Positions 29,463 to 44,290 of a stretch of DNA of 64,000 nucleotides are shown piece by piece. The notes below the pieces were generated by a model. That model searched no databases and was not told the DNA's origin. It worked only from the letters and a program-made list of their open reading frames with translations. The stretch covers positions 24,366,001 through 24,430,000 of the forward strand of contig OZ024751.1 of assembly GCA_964016885.1 (NCBI GenBank), given 5' to 3'. Each line of letters starts with the position of its first letter. Within the stretch, counting starts at the first letter, position 1. The position numbers were made by a program, and so were the translations under genes. This DNA is from Eledone cirrhosa. Taxonomy: Eukaryota.

Positions 29463-29690
29463 GGTTTCTGAGTTAAGCACAAGGCCAACAATTTTATGTG
29501 GAGGAAGAGGAGGGGTGGAGGGTGTCTCGGATAAATCTACATCAGTGCATTACTGGTACTTTATTTTATCGACGCTGTAAGAATGAAAGGCAAACTAACC
29601 CCGACGCGATTTGAACGCAAAATGTAAAGGGCCAAACTATACAGAGCAAAGCGTGTTGTCCGGCGCTCTACCGATACTATCAATGCATCG
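29463..29690 (-). mobile_element. Meta-domain SINE copy (diverged)
   Basis: Homologous to 13161-13380. Confidence 0.7.
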
Positions 29691-29756
29691 ACCTCTGACG
29701 GAATAATAATTGTTTCTACTTTTGGCACAAGGCCATCATTTATAAATCAACGGTTA

Positions 29757-29872
29757 CGAGTTCAAATCCCGCCGAGGTTGACTTTGCCTTTCATCCTTAC
29801 GGAGGGTCGATAAAATAAAGTACCAGTAATGCACTGGGTAATTGCTGGCCTTGTACCTAAAGTAGAAACAGT
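29757..29872 (+). mobile_element. Meta-domain SINE, 5'-truncated, opposite orientation to 29463-29690
   Basis: gagttcaaatcccgccgagg...gtcgataaaataaagtaccag...ggccttgtacctaaagtagaaac. Confidence 0.8.
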
Positions 29873-29906
29873 TATTGTCATTGTTTTTTGTAGAAATATA
29901 TCTTAC

Positions 29907-29994
29907 CACAAAATGATATTGTCGCTAGCTGTGAACGTTCTAAGGGGGGTGCCCAGTACCTCCAGATGCCATGACAGGCTGGATATGTGACACC
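29907..29994 (-). CDS. VGLUT: VGLUT coding exon (88 nt): [29 protein letters not shown](G)
   Basis: cattttag acceptor and GTG|gtaaga donor; WAPPLERS motif. Confidence 0.96.
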
Positions 29995-30046
29995 CTAAAA
30001 TGACAGAAAAGATATTGAATGATAATATATATATATATCTATACAT

Positions 30047-30110
<64 letters not shown>

Positions 30111-30183
30111 GATTCGACTTAAAATTCATACATTTAATGTAATCATACTTGCGTACATAAATACAAACATACGCATATATATA

Positions 30184-30235
<52 letters not shown>

Positions 30236-30410
30236 GTGTGTATTTACACACACACACACAAACGCACACACATACACACACATACACACACTTGTGTGTG
30301 TGTGTGTATTATTTTATATCATATATTATATATTTTATATTTGTGAGTGCTTGTTATCAGAAATTTAAAAAATAGTAAATACGCAGATAGATAGCCAATC
30401 AAAAAAAGAT

Positions 30411-30454
<44 letters not shown>

Positions 30455-30489
30455 AAATGGGGAGAAGAATATATATATATATATATATA

Positions 30490-30649
30490 TATAGTGAGAG
30501 AGAGGTGGGGAGAGAGATAAATTGGAATGAAGATAGATAGATAGATAGGTTAAAATTAATCACGGAAGAAGTACAGATAGAAAGGGCGAGAAAGTATGAC
30601 GGTATATATATATATATAAATATATATATATAAAAAAAAATGGGGAGAA

Positions 30650-30714
<65 letters not shown>

Positions 30715-30817
30715 GAGAGAGGTGGGGAGAGAGATAAATTGGAATGAAGATAGATAGATAGATAGGTTAAAATTAATCACGGAAGAAGTACAGATAGAAA
30801 GGGCGAGAAAGTATGAC

Positions 30818-30892
<75 letters not shown>

Positions 30893-31066
30893 TGCCAATA
30901 CCTTAATGGGACACGGGTATATAATACCCAACTCCTATTAACCTAAGTATATAGTGAGAGAGAGGTGGGAGGATAGATAAATTGGAATGAAGATAGATAG
31001 ATAGATAGATAGGTTAAAATTAATCACGGAAGAAGTATAGATAGAAAGGGCGAGAAAGTATGACGG
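30490..31066 (+). repeat. Three direct copies of a ~110-bp unit separated by (TA)n
   Basis: tagtgagagagaggtggg...gaaagtatgacgg at about 30492, 30709 and 30952. Confidence 0.8.
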
Positions 31067-31258
31067 GGACGAAAATAAAAGAAAGTTTATAAGAATGATG
31101 GAAAGAGAAAGACAATAGTGAGGAAGACGTAATAAATAAAATGGGTTATTAAACGTTGCGACTTCCATACTTTCTCTATTGTCAATTCTGATTTCTTAAT
31201 TCCCCCTTTTTACTCTTCTTTCCCTTTTGCTTTTACGTTTCTTCCTTTCCTTCCTCTC

Positions 31259-31303
<45 letters not shown>

Positions 31304-31948
31304 CTCTTGCCCTCTCTCCGCTTTCTCTCTTTTCCCTTCCTTACTCTCCCCTCTCTCTCATCCCTTCCTTTCTCTCCGCTTTCTGTCTCTTCCCTCCCTT
31401 TCTCTACCCCTCTCTCTTCCCTTCCTTTCTCTCTGCTTTCTGTCTCTTCCCTCCCTTTTTTTACCCCCCTCTCTCTCTTCCCTTCCTTTCTCTCCGCTTT
31501 CTGTCTCTTCCGTCCCTTTCTCTCCCCTCTCTCTCTCTTCCCTTCCTTTCTCTCCGCTTTCTGTCTCTTCCCTCCTTTTCTCTCCCCTCTCTCTCTTTTC
31601 CCTCCATTTCTCTTCGCTGTCTCTCTTTCTTTCCTTACGATCCTCTCTCTCTACTTTCTTCCTTTCTCTCCACACCCTCTCTCTCTCTATCTTACTCCCC
31701 TTCTATTACTCCTTTCCTTTTCATTCACTCCTCTCCCCTTCCTCTCACTCCTTTCCCCTTCCTCTCACTCCTCTCCCTTTCTCACTTCTCTGATCCCCTT
31801 AAACTCCCACTCCTCTATTTCCTATTTGAGCCTCTCTTTCTTTCTCTCTCTCTTTCTCCCCACCCCGCCCTCTCTCTCACTCTCTCTCTCTCTCTATATA
31901 TATATATACACACACCTATATATATATATATATATACATATATATACA

Positions 31949-32017
<69 letters not shown>

Positions 32018-32490
32018 CAATATATACATATATATACACACACCTATATATACATATATATACACAACACCTATATATACATATATATACACACACCTAT
32101 ATATACATATATATACATATATGTATGTATTCCTTCTTGCACAAGCGCTATTGGACTAACAAGACATCAAAACAAAACAAAAAAAAATAAGAAGAGAAAT
32201 TAAAAAGGAATTTAAACAATATATATCATATGAGCGTGTGTGCAGCAACGGCAATACTATATGATAAAAATAACAATAATAATATCACTCTCTGCTGCCT
32301 CTCAGTAGTCGTCAACAAGACACCAGCCAAAGAGATAGGCTGGTGGTACTACAGCGACAACAGTTAAATACGAACAAAGCTATTGTTTTCCATTTTGATT
32401 GATTCAGTCGGACAAGAAGAAGAAGTCAGCGTGTAAATAAATCTATATCTATCTATTTACTCTGTGTGTATGTATGTATGTGTGTGTGTG

Positions 32491-32525
<35 letters not shown>

Positions 32526-32570
32526 CTGTGTGTGAGTGTGTGTGTGTGTGTGTGTGTGCGTGCGTGTGTG

Positions 32571-32634
<64 letters not shown>

Positions 32635-32678
32635 TGTGAGAAACCGATATATTGGGCGTATGTGTGTTTGTTTGGCCG

Positions 32679-32712
<34 letters not shown>

Positions 32713-32795
32713 GTTATTCCGGGTTGAATCGGAGGTAACCACAGTAAGTAAGGTACTCAATACATAGCAGAGTATAAAAGTTTTAATATAGATGA

Positions 32796-32839
32796 GATTC
32801 TACAGGACTAGAACTGTTTCATTCATTAGAAATCATCAG
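32796..32839 (-). ncRNA. Minimal hammerhead core of family B (5' strand of stem I truncated)
   Basis: Minus strand reads ctgatga tttc taat gaat gaaa cag ttctagtc ctg ta gaatc. Confidence 0.5.
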
Positions 32840-32889
32840 CATATATATATGCCTATGTATATATATAATCATCAGCATATATATATGCC

Positions 32890-32982
<93 letters not shown>

Positions 32983-33009
32983 GTATATATGTATATATGT
33001 ATATATGTA

Positions 33010-33050
<41 letters not shown>

Positions 33051-33176
33051 ATGTATATTTATGTATGCGTGCGTTTGTGTGCGCGTCCATGAGTGTCTAT
33101 GTGATATATATTATATGAAATAAATAAATAGGTATATAAATCTATATATGTATGTATTATAAAGGAGTGAAGAATA

Positions 33177-33226
<50 letters not shown>

Positions 33227-33245
33227 TATATACATATATATATAA

Positions 33246-33315
<70 letters not shown>

Positions 33316-33373
33316 GCAATGTAGGTATGAATATATATAGGTATATATATATATATGTATACATATACATATA

Positions 33374-33442
<69 letters not shown>

Positions 33443-33665
33443 AAACAGACAGAGAGAGAGAGTGAGAGAGTAGAGATTCTTTACTTCTGCTTTCCTTTTT
33501 TGATCACCTATTTCCTCACAATATTGGACTATCGTCTGCTTCACTGTCTGACGATGTTAGTTTATTATTTGTTTATTATTATGCCTGTCCTATTTAATAC
33601 ACAAACACACACACATGTACGTATCATACACTCACAGCCACATACACACATACACACACACACAG

Positions 33666-33720
<55 letters not shown>

Positions 33721-33729
33721 TATATATAC

Positions 33730-33858
<129 letters not shown>

Positions 33859-34429
33859 TATGGTGGATACAGCGCTGTACGTGTGTGACAAGATATCTAT
33901 TAAAATGCATTACCTATTTTTATCAATGTAAATAAATATCTCTTTTTTTGTGGGGGGGGGTTCTTGTTCTGTTTGTTTGTTTGTTTTTTTTTTGTTTTTT
34001 TTTGTTATTTGGGGGGGGGGGGCTTTTTGATAAGTCTGTTTTTTTTGTTGTTGTTTTGTCGTAGATGACGAAAAGGGGGGGGGGGGAAGAGGAGACGGAT
34101 ACGGAGAAGAAACTAAGTGTAGAAAGGACGATAATAATTGTTTCTACTTTCGGCACAAGGCCAGCAAAACACCCAGTGTATTACTGGTACTTTATTTCAT
34201 CGAACTCAGAATGGCAAGGGCCGTAACTCTATACGTCAAAGCATGGCTCCGACCTTCTCCGATACTGCCAATCCACGATAATAATGGCGATACCGTTGAT
34301 TATAGTGATGATGACGCTGGCGATCACTTAAGTTAAGTGTTTCCACATGAACACAAGAACATATGTGACTTACGTTGTCCGACCCTTCGGCTTTGGAGTT
34401 ATGCTAGCTATCTACTAATTTCTTGTCCA

Positions 34430-34479
<50 letters not shown>

Positions 34480-35672
34480 CTGATGGTACCTAAGATGCTT
34501 CCATAGGCGGTATGCCGGTTGAGCACTCTATGCTCTTACAGAGCAGAGTATGATAGAATAGAAAACGAAAAATCAATGATGCATCAGAACTCAGTTTATT
34601 GTGTTACAATTGTTTCCCCGGCTGACAGCTCGAGACGCGATCATTGTGTGGATCTGTCTGATTCTGGACCCGCAGGTTCGACGGACACGTCTAATGATTT
34701 CGGAGCATATGTGAGAGAATATGCTCCGTAATCATTAGACATGCCCGTCGAACCTGAGGGAACGAATATAGCTAAGCATTTTATCCGACCTTTCTAACGA
34801 CTCAAGCCAATTCGCTGCATGTCAACAACACTATATTAACATTAACATTAGTTGCTATTTTAAGAGAAGGTCAGAAATATTTTAGGAAAAGGAAACTCGT
34901 TTAAGCCGGCCCTAGTATTTAACTGAATCTTTATTTTGTCAAACATGGAAGAATTAAAGACAAAGTTGACATCGGTGAAATTTGAACTTAGAATGAAGAG
35001 AATTGGATCAAATACGACAATACATTTTGACCGACGCTCTAACGATTCTTCCAATTTCAGCAATCTATATTATTAATACTAATATTAATAATAATAATGA
35101 ATTCTAATGTAGCAACATTCTTTGTTGGAAGAGAACAGAATGGATGTGTGTCTATACGCACGTATACTCATGTATACGTAATCGCATGAATAAGTTTGTG
35201 TTTGTGATTGTTGCATGTAAAGAGAAAGTGAAATTAAAAAGAGGACACACATACACATACACTCACTCACAAACACGTGTGTATGTGTGTGCTTGTGGCT
35301 GTGGTGTACATGTATGTTTGTATAAAGAAAGGGAAATTAAAATGAGGACACACAAACACATACGCTCACTCACAAACGCGTGTGTATGTGCGTATATATG
35401 CGTATATGTTTAAAAAAGGATAAATATTTGTTCACCCTACACGCTAGAACGACAAATAAAGTCAATTGCTTGAAGTCTCATCCCCAGAGGTTTCAATCAA
35501 ACGATGATCAATCAACTCTATTGATTTAAAGAGATGAACAAATAACAGCTGAGTCGTGCATGTGTCCTGCAATGGAATGTAGTGCTGTAAAGTTGAAGGC
35601 TGGTAGCCATGAATTGAACAATGTCGCAGTCTCGATTCATCTTATATTACCAACAACTATATATACTGATCG

Positions 35673-35704
<32 letters not shown>

Positions 35705-35706
<2 letters not shown>

Positions 35707-36160
35707 GGTGGACCAGATTGAAAGGACTGAAGACAGACACGTTTCTCTTCGGCTAATCCCTCATCAACTTCTTCAAGTTTCACCTGGAAAGGAAGGTGAG
35801 GGTGGAGAGAGAAGTGCTGCTCCCCAGTACATTTGCTAAAAGGTGGACGAATGTGGCGAGAGTGGCCCGTGTGAATGGGCCTACTCTGACCATGCCCCTA
35901 TAGGCTAGCTAATTTGAGGAGAGGGGTGCTCTCCCTGGGTGCCCTAGAAGCGCAGGGTGGTTCAAGATTGGTGGGGTACTTGAGTCACCCCTGAGTCGTG
36001 CACCCCCTATAGGGGAATTTATTTTGTTATATTTATGCATAGTTTATTTTATATTTTTTATATCTTCATTGTTAAATTAGTCTTGCCATTGTGCACTTTT
36101 ACTCGACCTTATTGTAAACCCCCACGGTCCCTGTCTTTGTATTGTGGCCAATAAATTAAA
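35705..36160 (+). mobile_element. Tx1/L1-like LINE 3' end with 3' UTR and poly(A) signal
   Basis: LINFFKFHLERKVRVERE....FAKRW-like C-terminus; ends gtggccaataaa before (ATT)n. Similar tails at about 43060-43125 and, inverted, at 38095-38150. Confidence 0.5.
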
Positions 36161-36229
36161 TCATTATTATTACTATAATAATTATTATTATTATAGTTAC
36201 ATTTATCTTGCTTTATGTTCATACGAGTT

Positions 36230-36842
36230 ATCACCAAGTCACAACCAGTGACCTCAAGAGACAACAAGGTACGCCATGTTCAAGAAAGAACATTCATACA
36301 CACACATGTATCTTTAGGTGTTTAGACTTGTGATAAACTTATATTGACAGAATCTTCTTTAGTATATGGGCAGTTCCCATTAGTACTATCTTTTGTATTT
36401 CTCCTATACGCGGGTTTCCTGGGATTTGCTATAAGTAATCATTAGACCCCTTAGGTATAATTCATAGAGCGCCTACATCCACTGGTATTGTTTTAGTTCT
36501 CAATTTTCACATTTTTCCAATTTCTAACTCTAGGTCCTTATACTTGCTCAATTTTTCAAATGTTTTTATAGATACATTCTTGTCTATTGGAACGGACATA
36601 TCAATTAGCAGTCATACCCTCTTTTTAAAGTCCTTCAGTATTATATTAGGTCCATTTGCATTTATTTTTCGGTCTGTTTGGATGCTAAAGTTCCACAGAT
36701 TGAGATGTGATCTTTTTCAAGTATGGGAGGTGGTTGATGCTCCCACCAATTCTTTTGATGGGGCAGGTCAAAATGCTTACACATTATCCAATGTATGTAT
36801 TGTGCAGCTCTGTCATGCCTGTTTAGGTATTCGGTTGGACTG
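36230..36842 (-). mobile_element. Older R4/Dong-clade fragment (RHD and PD-D-type endonuclease region; stops and frameshift)
   Basis: Minus-strand translation YLNRHDRAAQYIHW...WNFSIQTDRKINANGPNIILKD...LLIDMSVPIDKNVSIKTFEKLSKYKDLELEI; (ATT)n flanks. Confidence 0.8.
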
Positions 36843-36879
<37 letters not shown>

Positions 36880-37087
36880 TTCTCTTTACTACAAGATTAA
36901 GACCAGAAAGAAGAGAAGACATAGAAGAGATCAAATAGTAATTGATGAGGTCACGGGATGGGTGATGAAAGGACTTTGACGAACTAACCAAAAACTAGTA
37001 ATAAAGATAAAGTGAAAATGTGAAAATGCTATGCTGCGTGTGTTATCTTTTATTGGCAATACTGGCACCAAGACAATCCCCAAATAT

Positions 37088-37150
<63 letters not shown>

Positions 37151-37163
37151 ACAATATATATAT

Positions 37164-37277
<114 letters not shown>

Positions 37278-37369
37278 AACGAAGGAGTTGTGGTAAGGAA
37301 CCAGATGGACGATAACGCACCAAAAATAGCCGTCGAAACGGCTTGAGCTCTGCCGTCGGGATCATACAT

Positions 37370-37373
<4 letters not shown>
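37278..37373. mobile_element. Family A element in (TA)n, strongly deleted
   Basis: Tail joined directly to the inverted half-HHR. Confidence 0.7.
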
Positions 37374-37408
<35 letters not shown>

Positions 37409-37650
37409 ATCAATAATTATTAATAACATCGATTGCTCAGTTGTGTCAATCAACAGTAACTTGACGTTACAATCTCCAAAGTATGTGAAGATAGACAGAT
37501 TGGGAGAGCGGGAATGGGTGTGAGAGAGATATATAGAAAGAGAAAGAAAAAAGAACCATGAACAGAGGTAAAGAATCTGAAAATATATAACAATGACACA
37601 AAATATAAAGAAAGAATCGCCTATAATATCAGTTTGAAAATTTTCCTTAC

Positions 37651-37765
37651 CTCAACTAAACCTTGAAGAATTCTAACAGCCATAACTAATCCATAATGTA
37701 CCGATGCAGCCCCAGGAAGGAACAAGTTTAAAAATGATGATATAGTAATTGCTGTTCCGAAAATC
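37651..37765 (-). CDS. VGLUT: VGLUT coding exon (115 nt): (R)[38 protein letters not shown]
   Basis: ttttcgtag acceptor and GAG|gtaagg donor; VRILQGLVE motif. Confidence 0.95.
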
Positions 37766-37906
37766 CTACGAAAAAAATCATAACAACATATTAGAATATT
37801 ACAACCAAAACGTAATAAAAGTTTGTATTTGAATACATATTCAGTTATATATATCTATATATATATATACACATACATACACACACATATATATATACAC
37901 ATATAT

Positions 37907-37963
<57 letters not shown>

Positions 37964-38031
37964 GAGAGAGAGAGTGAGAAAGAGAGAGAGAGAGAGGGGG
38001 GGAGATGGATGGATGAATAGATGAATGGATG

Positions 38032-38094
<63 letters not shown>

Positions 38095-38161
38095 TTCTTT
38101 ATTAGCCACAGGGGCACAAAAGAAGGGGACAAATACAAAGGGGGAAGTTTACATACAATAA

Positions 38162-38197
<36 letters not shown>

Positions 38198-38809
38198 CGT
38201 TTAATATAGAAATGGCTTCTACAGGACTAGAACAGTTTCATTCGAAGGAAATCATATATACATATATATAATAGTAAAAGGTATAGTACTGTAAACTCTT
38301 TAATTGAGCTATTATAGTAGATCCTGCAAGCAAAACCTCGTAAAAAATACTTACTTTGTTTGCACATTGGATTCACACAAACGAAATTTAACCTGACATA
38401 TCATCGTATATATATATATATCACCTTGATCACCTTTACCGACCAGTCTGTCAAGCGCCAATCGGCGCCGCTGGTCACAGCACCTCGTACTGTTTTAGCC
38501 ATAAGATAACGCCATCCCACTGGTGTAGGACACCTCGGTTATTTTTCATTTTGTAAAAAAAAACCTCACTTTCTCTTACATACCCACCACATGAAGACCG
38601 AAAATTCCACCAAAGTCTCAACAAAACAACAACTCACTGAACCAGGACATCTTAAATGAACTGAAAGAGATTTCCTCTAAACTCTTAATTTTGACCAACA
38701 AAGTGGACCAAATACACATCTATAAAAAAGGACAATACAATATAACAAATACGAATAAGTAAGGAAAATATGTTCATTCAAAAATATTCCTACTAACGGA
38801 ATCATTTTC

Positions 38810-38888
<79 letters not shown>

Positions 38889-40013
38889 ATATATATATAT
38901 ATATATTCTCTTCATCTTAACATGCTAACCATACTCCCACACACACATATCACCCATAAACACACATAACACCCCCCACCACCCCACACACACAACTCCC
39001 TCCCCCATTTCTACTAATAGAATCACTTTCCTACACACATATACACACACACAAAATATATATATTCTCTCCATCTTAACATACCCCCCCCCACTCACAC
39101 ACACATAACACCCATATACACACAACTCCCTCCCCCATTTCTACTAATAGAATCATCTTCCTATACACACACACACACAAGCACACAAATAAACATACAT
39201 ATCTTTACTTTCTTTATTTCAATAGAAAATCTGAATTCTGACACCCCAGCGAACTAACTATATTCACTGAACCAGAACAATTCTCCCATCCCATTTATCT
39301 TGACCATTATCTTTTACTTGTCGTAAAATTCTCTAAAAGGCTACAAAATAAATTCCCAAATACGGGCGCGAAATTTAATGAACTTGTTCACGTGACAGTC
39401 ATAATTTCATTTATAACCAATCAAATTATATTTATTTAAAAAAGCCCTCGTGAGCCACTTTTTTTAAAGTAAAAAGAAATTTAAACAAACTTACACGAAA
39501 GCTGATATACTTATTCACGTGACTACATCAGCCAACCAAACTTCACTCATATATGAAAGTACAACCTGCTATATTCACTGAACCAGAACAATTCTCCCAT
39601 CCCATTTCTCTTGATCATTATCTTTTGTTTGTCATAAAATTCTCTAAAAGGCTACAAAATTCCCAAATACGGGCGCGAAATTTAATGAACTTGTTCACGT
39701 AACAGCTTAATTTCATTTATAACGAATCAAATTACATTTATAAAAAAAAAAAAGCCTTCGTGAGCCCCTTTTTTTAAGTAAAAAGAAATTCAAACACTCA
39801 TATATGAAAAAAACAACTTGATCCCCCCTCCCCCCTTGTTTGAAGAACTTTGTAACGCGAACTGGCGCGAAATTTATTATACTTATTGAACAACCAATCA
39901 AATTACTTCTCTAAAAACCTGGCGTTTCGAGCCACTTTTTTCCATATAAAACAAGTAACATTCAAAGATCAACCAGATGTGAGAAAAACCACAGACCCTC
40001 CATTTCAACTCTA

Positions 40014-40049
40014 CTTTTGAAAAGCAGAAGAACTGCGAAACCGGTAAAG
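40014..40049 (+). ncRNA. Minimal hammerhead ribozyme, U3-A8 variant (family D); degenerate copy at 8936-8971 on the minus strand
   Basis: CTT-TTGAAAA-GCAG aagaa CTGC-GAAA-CCGG-TA-AAG; palindromic stem III of the kind seen in dimeric minimal HHRs. Confidence 0.65.
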
Positions 40050-40131
40050 GAACCAAATAAATATATACATATTTTTTTTTAATTAGACTCCAGTTGCATT
40101 TTCGATTTCATCTTTTTTATATATATATATA

Positions 40132-40300
<169 letters not shown>

Positions 40301-40344
40301 AAATATATGTGTTTATGTATGTGTATATATATATATAAAAGTTA

Positions 40345-40559
40345 ATAAAATATTTAAGAAACACGCCATCTAACCCTACTTGACTCGTCTAATGTTTTCT
40401 ATTTATACCCATTGGCCCTCTTTAAAAAAGTTTTATAATTATTTTTGGTGTCATTACCATTTCTGATGGTAAGAAATCCAAAGAGTTTAAAACCTTAGAG
40501 CTATCATTATACGATAAAAATATGAGAAATACACACACACACACGTGTGTGTATATATG

Positions 40560-40609
<50 letters not shown>

Positions 40610-40804
40610 TGTGTGTGTATTTCTCATATTTTTATCGTATGATGATAGCTGCAAGGTTTTAAACTCTTTGGCTTTCTTACCATCACAAATGGTAATGACA
40701 GCAAAAATAATTATTAAACTCTTTTAAAGAGGGCCAATGGGTATAAATAGAAAACATTAGACGAGTCAAGTAGGGTTAGATGGCGTGTTTCTTAAATATT
40801 TTAT
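40345..40804. repeat. Inverted repeat with arms of about 200 bp around a (TA)n centre
   Basis: 40345-40555 is the reverse complement of about 40595-40804, with few mismatches. Confidence 0.85.
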
Positions 40805-40938
40805 ATATTTTTCTATATATCTATGTTCAGATATTTTTGTATATTTTATCACATATTTTTATATATTTTACATGTATGAGATATTTTTATATATTTATGT
40901 TAGCTATTATATATATACATACATAAACACATATATTT

Positions 40939-41013
<75 letters not shown>

Positions 41014-41031
41014 TATGTATATATATATATA

Positions 41032-41070
<39 letters not shown>

Positions 41071-41193
41071 AAATATATGTGTTTATGTATATACATATAT
41101 ATATATATATACATGTATATATGTATATATATATATAAATATATATATATATATGCATATATATATATATATGTATATATGTATATATGTATA

Positions 41194-41266
<73 letters not shown>

Positions 41267-41572
41267 ATATATATACGTATATATATATATATATACATGT
41301 ATGTATATATAGACATATATGTTAAGGTTTATATTATATTTTATTTTTTCATTTATTGGGTGTTTGTTTTTCATATGGTGTTTTATTTTGTTTTGTAATT
41401 TTTTTAAAAAAGATTTATCCATGTTTTAATTAGATTTTCCTTCCCACTGGCATTTAATTTTTTAAGGAATATTTCCACAATTGCTCTATTTTCTACATTA
41501 TTATCATTACCATTATTGTCATTTTTATAATCATCATCATAATCACCATCATCATCATCATCATCATCATTT

Positions 41573-41607
<35 letters not shown>

Positions 41608-41921
41608 AATTATATAATAATTATAAATAATAATATATAAAGTACCAGTAATGCACTGGGTATTTGCTGGCCTTGTGCCTAAAGTAGAAACAATTATTAT
41701 TATTATTATTATCGGTAGAGGGTCGGACGAAATGGTTCACGGCATAGAATTACGGCCTTTTATGTCCTGATTTCAAATCCCGCCGAAGTTAGCTTTGTCT
41801 TTCATCCTTACGGGGTCGATAAAATAAGTACAAGCATGAACTGGAGTCGATACAATCGACTTTCCTCTCTCCCCAAATTGCTGGCCTTGTGCCTATATAA
41901 GAAACTATTATTATTATTATT

Positions 41922-42327
41922 GTTCTTTGAGTCTCAGTCATTGATGTTATTCAACTGGAAAATTTATTGAAATGAATATCAAGCCACTACCTGCAGCCTC
42001 AGATATTCAGGACCTATCGAAGGGTTCTTGCAATTCCCAGCAAGCATGCCTTTTGAAGTGTTCCAATTTTCTTTAACCATCCTTGGAAACTCTTTGAGAT
42101 AGTACCTAGTGCGCCTATGACAATCGGGACCACTTTGACTTCATGGCAGTTCCAAATCCTTTTTACCACCCACTTTAAGTCCTGGTATCGGTTAATTTTC
42201 TCCCTCTCCTTCTCTTGCACTCTCGTGTCAAATGGGCAGGCCACATCTACAATCAGGCACGATCTTTTTTCCTTGTCCAAAACCACCAGGTGAGGTCTAT
42301 TGTGTTCCAGTTTCTTGTCCGTCTGTA
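41922..42327 (-). mobile_element. Second copy of the same R4/Dong element in (TAA)n
   Basis: QTDKKLEHNRPHLVVLDKEKRSCLIVDVACPFD; 3' UTR matches 6350-6425; TTA repeats on both flanks. Confidence 0.85.
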
Positions 42328-42405
42328 TTATTATTATAATTATTATTATTATTATTATTATTATTACTCTCTAAAATGCTCGGTTAGCATATAAATGATT
42401 ATCAT

Positions 42406-42595
42406 TGGCGGTGAATTGGCAGTATCGGTAGAGGGTTGGACACCATGCTTTCTAGCATAGTTACGTCCCTTTACGGTCTGAGTTCAAATCCCGTCGAGGT
42501 TAACTTTGCTTTTCATCCTTACGGGGTCGATAAAATAAGGTACCAGTAATGTACTGGGTAATTGCTGGCCTTGTGCCAAAAAGTAGAAACAATTA
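42406..42595 (+). mobile_element. Meta-domain SINE copy
   Basis: A/B boxes, Meta-like core and (ATT)n tail. Confidence 0.8.
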
Positions 42596-44125
42596 TTATT
42601 ATTATTATTATTATATTTGTGTTGTTATCATTACTCTTTATTACTATTATTGTTATTGTTTAAATTTGCTGTTATAAGATGGCGAATTGGCAGAGTCGTT
42701 AGAATATCAGATAGATTGCTTTGCAGCATTCGTTTCGGCTCGCTACTCTCTGAGTTCAAATCTGGTCAACTTTGCTTTTCCCCCCATTCGAGGTCGATAA
42801 AAAAGTACCAGTCTAGTACTGGGGTAGATTCTTCCTCAATATCTCTTTCTCTCTTCCATTCTCTCATTCTCTCAATCCTTCTCTGGAAGAAATCTGCTGT
42901 ATTCAGACCTGGAGAGAACTGAGATCCGTTAGGTTTTTAAATGCCCTAGAAGCACCTATATCAATCCAATGCCCCGACGAGTCCCTCATGAGTTACGACA
43001 CCATGCATGTATATCTGCGGGTATATCGGTTATCGCCGTCACATTCGTTTTCAATTCGTTGTGTTCTTTTTCGTTTTTGTATTGTCTTCGGTGCTGTTAG
43101 CCCTTGTGGCCAATAAATGAAATAGTGACTGTTAGTTGGAATAAGCAGAGGAGAAGTAGGTTGATTATTATCAACCCCAGTATTTCACTGGTACTATATT
43201 TTATCAAATCAGGAAGGATGGAACTCAAAGTTGACTTCGGTGGGAATTGAACTTTGTATGTAAAGCGAGCTAACTAACTGTATAACGCACAGCATGTTGT
43301 CGGATGCTCTACCGACACTGTCAATAATGTAAAGAACCATAATAAAAGTCTACCAGCGTTTGTCCAGTGCTCTATCGATTCTAGGGTCCGACCAACGATT
43401 GTTTTAATAATATTTATAAAAAATTTAAATATAAATTATGATAATATATTGCCCCCAAAATATTTTATTTACATAGAAAGGAGGAAATAGAGATTTAACC
43501 CCGTTGGAATTTAAATTCAGAACGTAAAGGGTCGTAACTAAATGCTGGTTCACGATTCTTACAGTAAAAAAAGGACACAATAGGCAATCAGGTTAGGGAA
43601 TCGAAACCACAACCTTGTGACAGTAAGCCCAACAAACAAACATGTAAGCAACACATTTGGTAGTGGTAACGTTTGTGGTGTTGGTAGCGGTGATGATGGT
43701 AGGGCCTGTCATGGTTGTGGTGATGGTGGTGGTGGTGGTGGTGGTGGTGGTGGTTATGGTGATAGCGATGTTATGGTTGTGGTGATGATAATGTGATCAC
43801 CAATACCACCACCACCACCACCACCACCACCAACACAACAACAACACCACCAACACAACAACAACACCACCAACACTATCAATGGGAGAGCAGCGTCAGA
43901 ATTTATGATATAACATTTAGTAAAAGACTTTCCTTAAGTGATATGTTTTCTTTCTGTTGTTCCATTCTTGGGAAAAACCAAAATATCTTGGCATGGAAAT
44001 GCACGTGGCGTGAATACATAATAATATACATACTTTAGGGTGAAGAAGTGAACGTTACCAGAGAATACGATTCATAATATATATACATAACATGAATAGA
44101 TGTTATGAATTTTGCTTTGAGGTAG

Positions 44126-44290
44126 TTATGAGCTTGGCTTGTCTCCCTTAGAGGATCTAGCCGGATCAATATGGAGACGGTTGCTTCTGACAGGACTCGC
44201 TGGAAGGAGTGTTTGAGGAGGACCTACTCTACCCTGCACGACCCTCCCAAGAAGAAGAAGAAGAAGAAGAAGACGAAGAAGAAGAAGGCG
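44126..44290 (+). mobile_element. RTE-like LINE 3' end with (AAG)n tail; related inverted fragment at 48250-48420
   Basis: METVASDRTRWKECL C-terminal motif. Confidence 0.55.
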
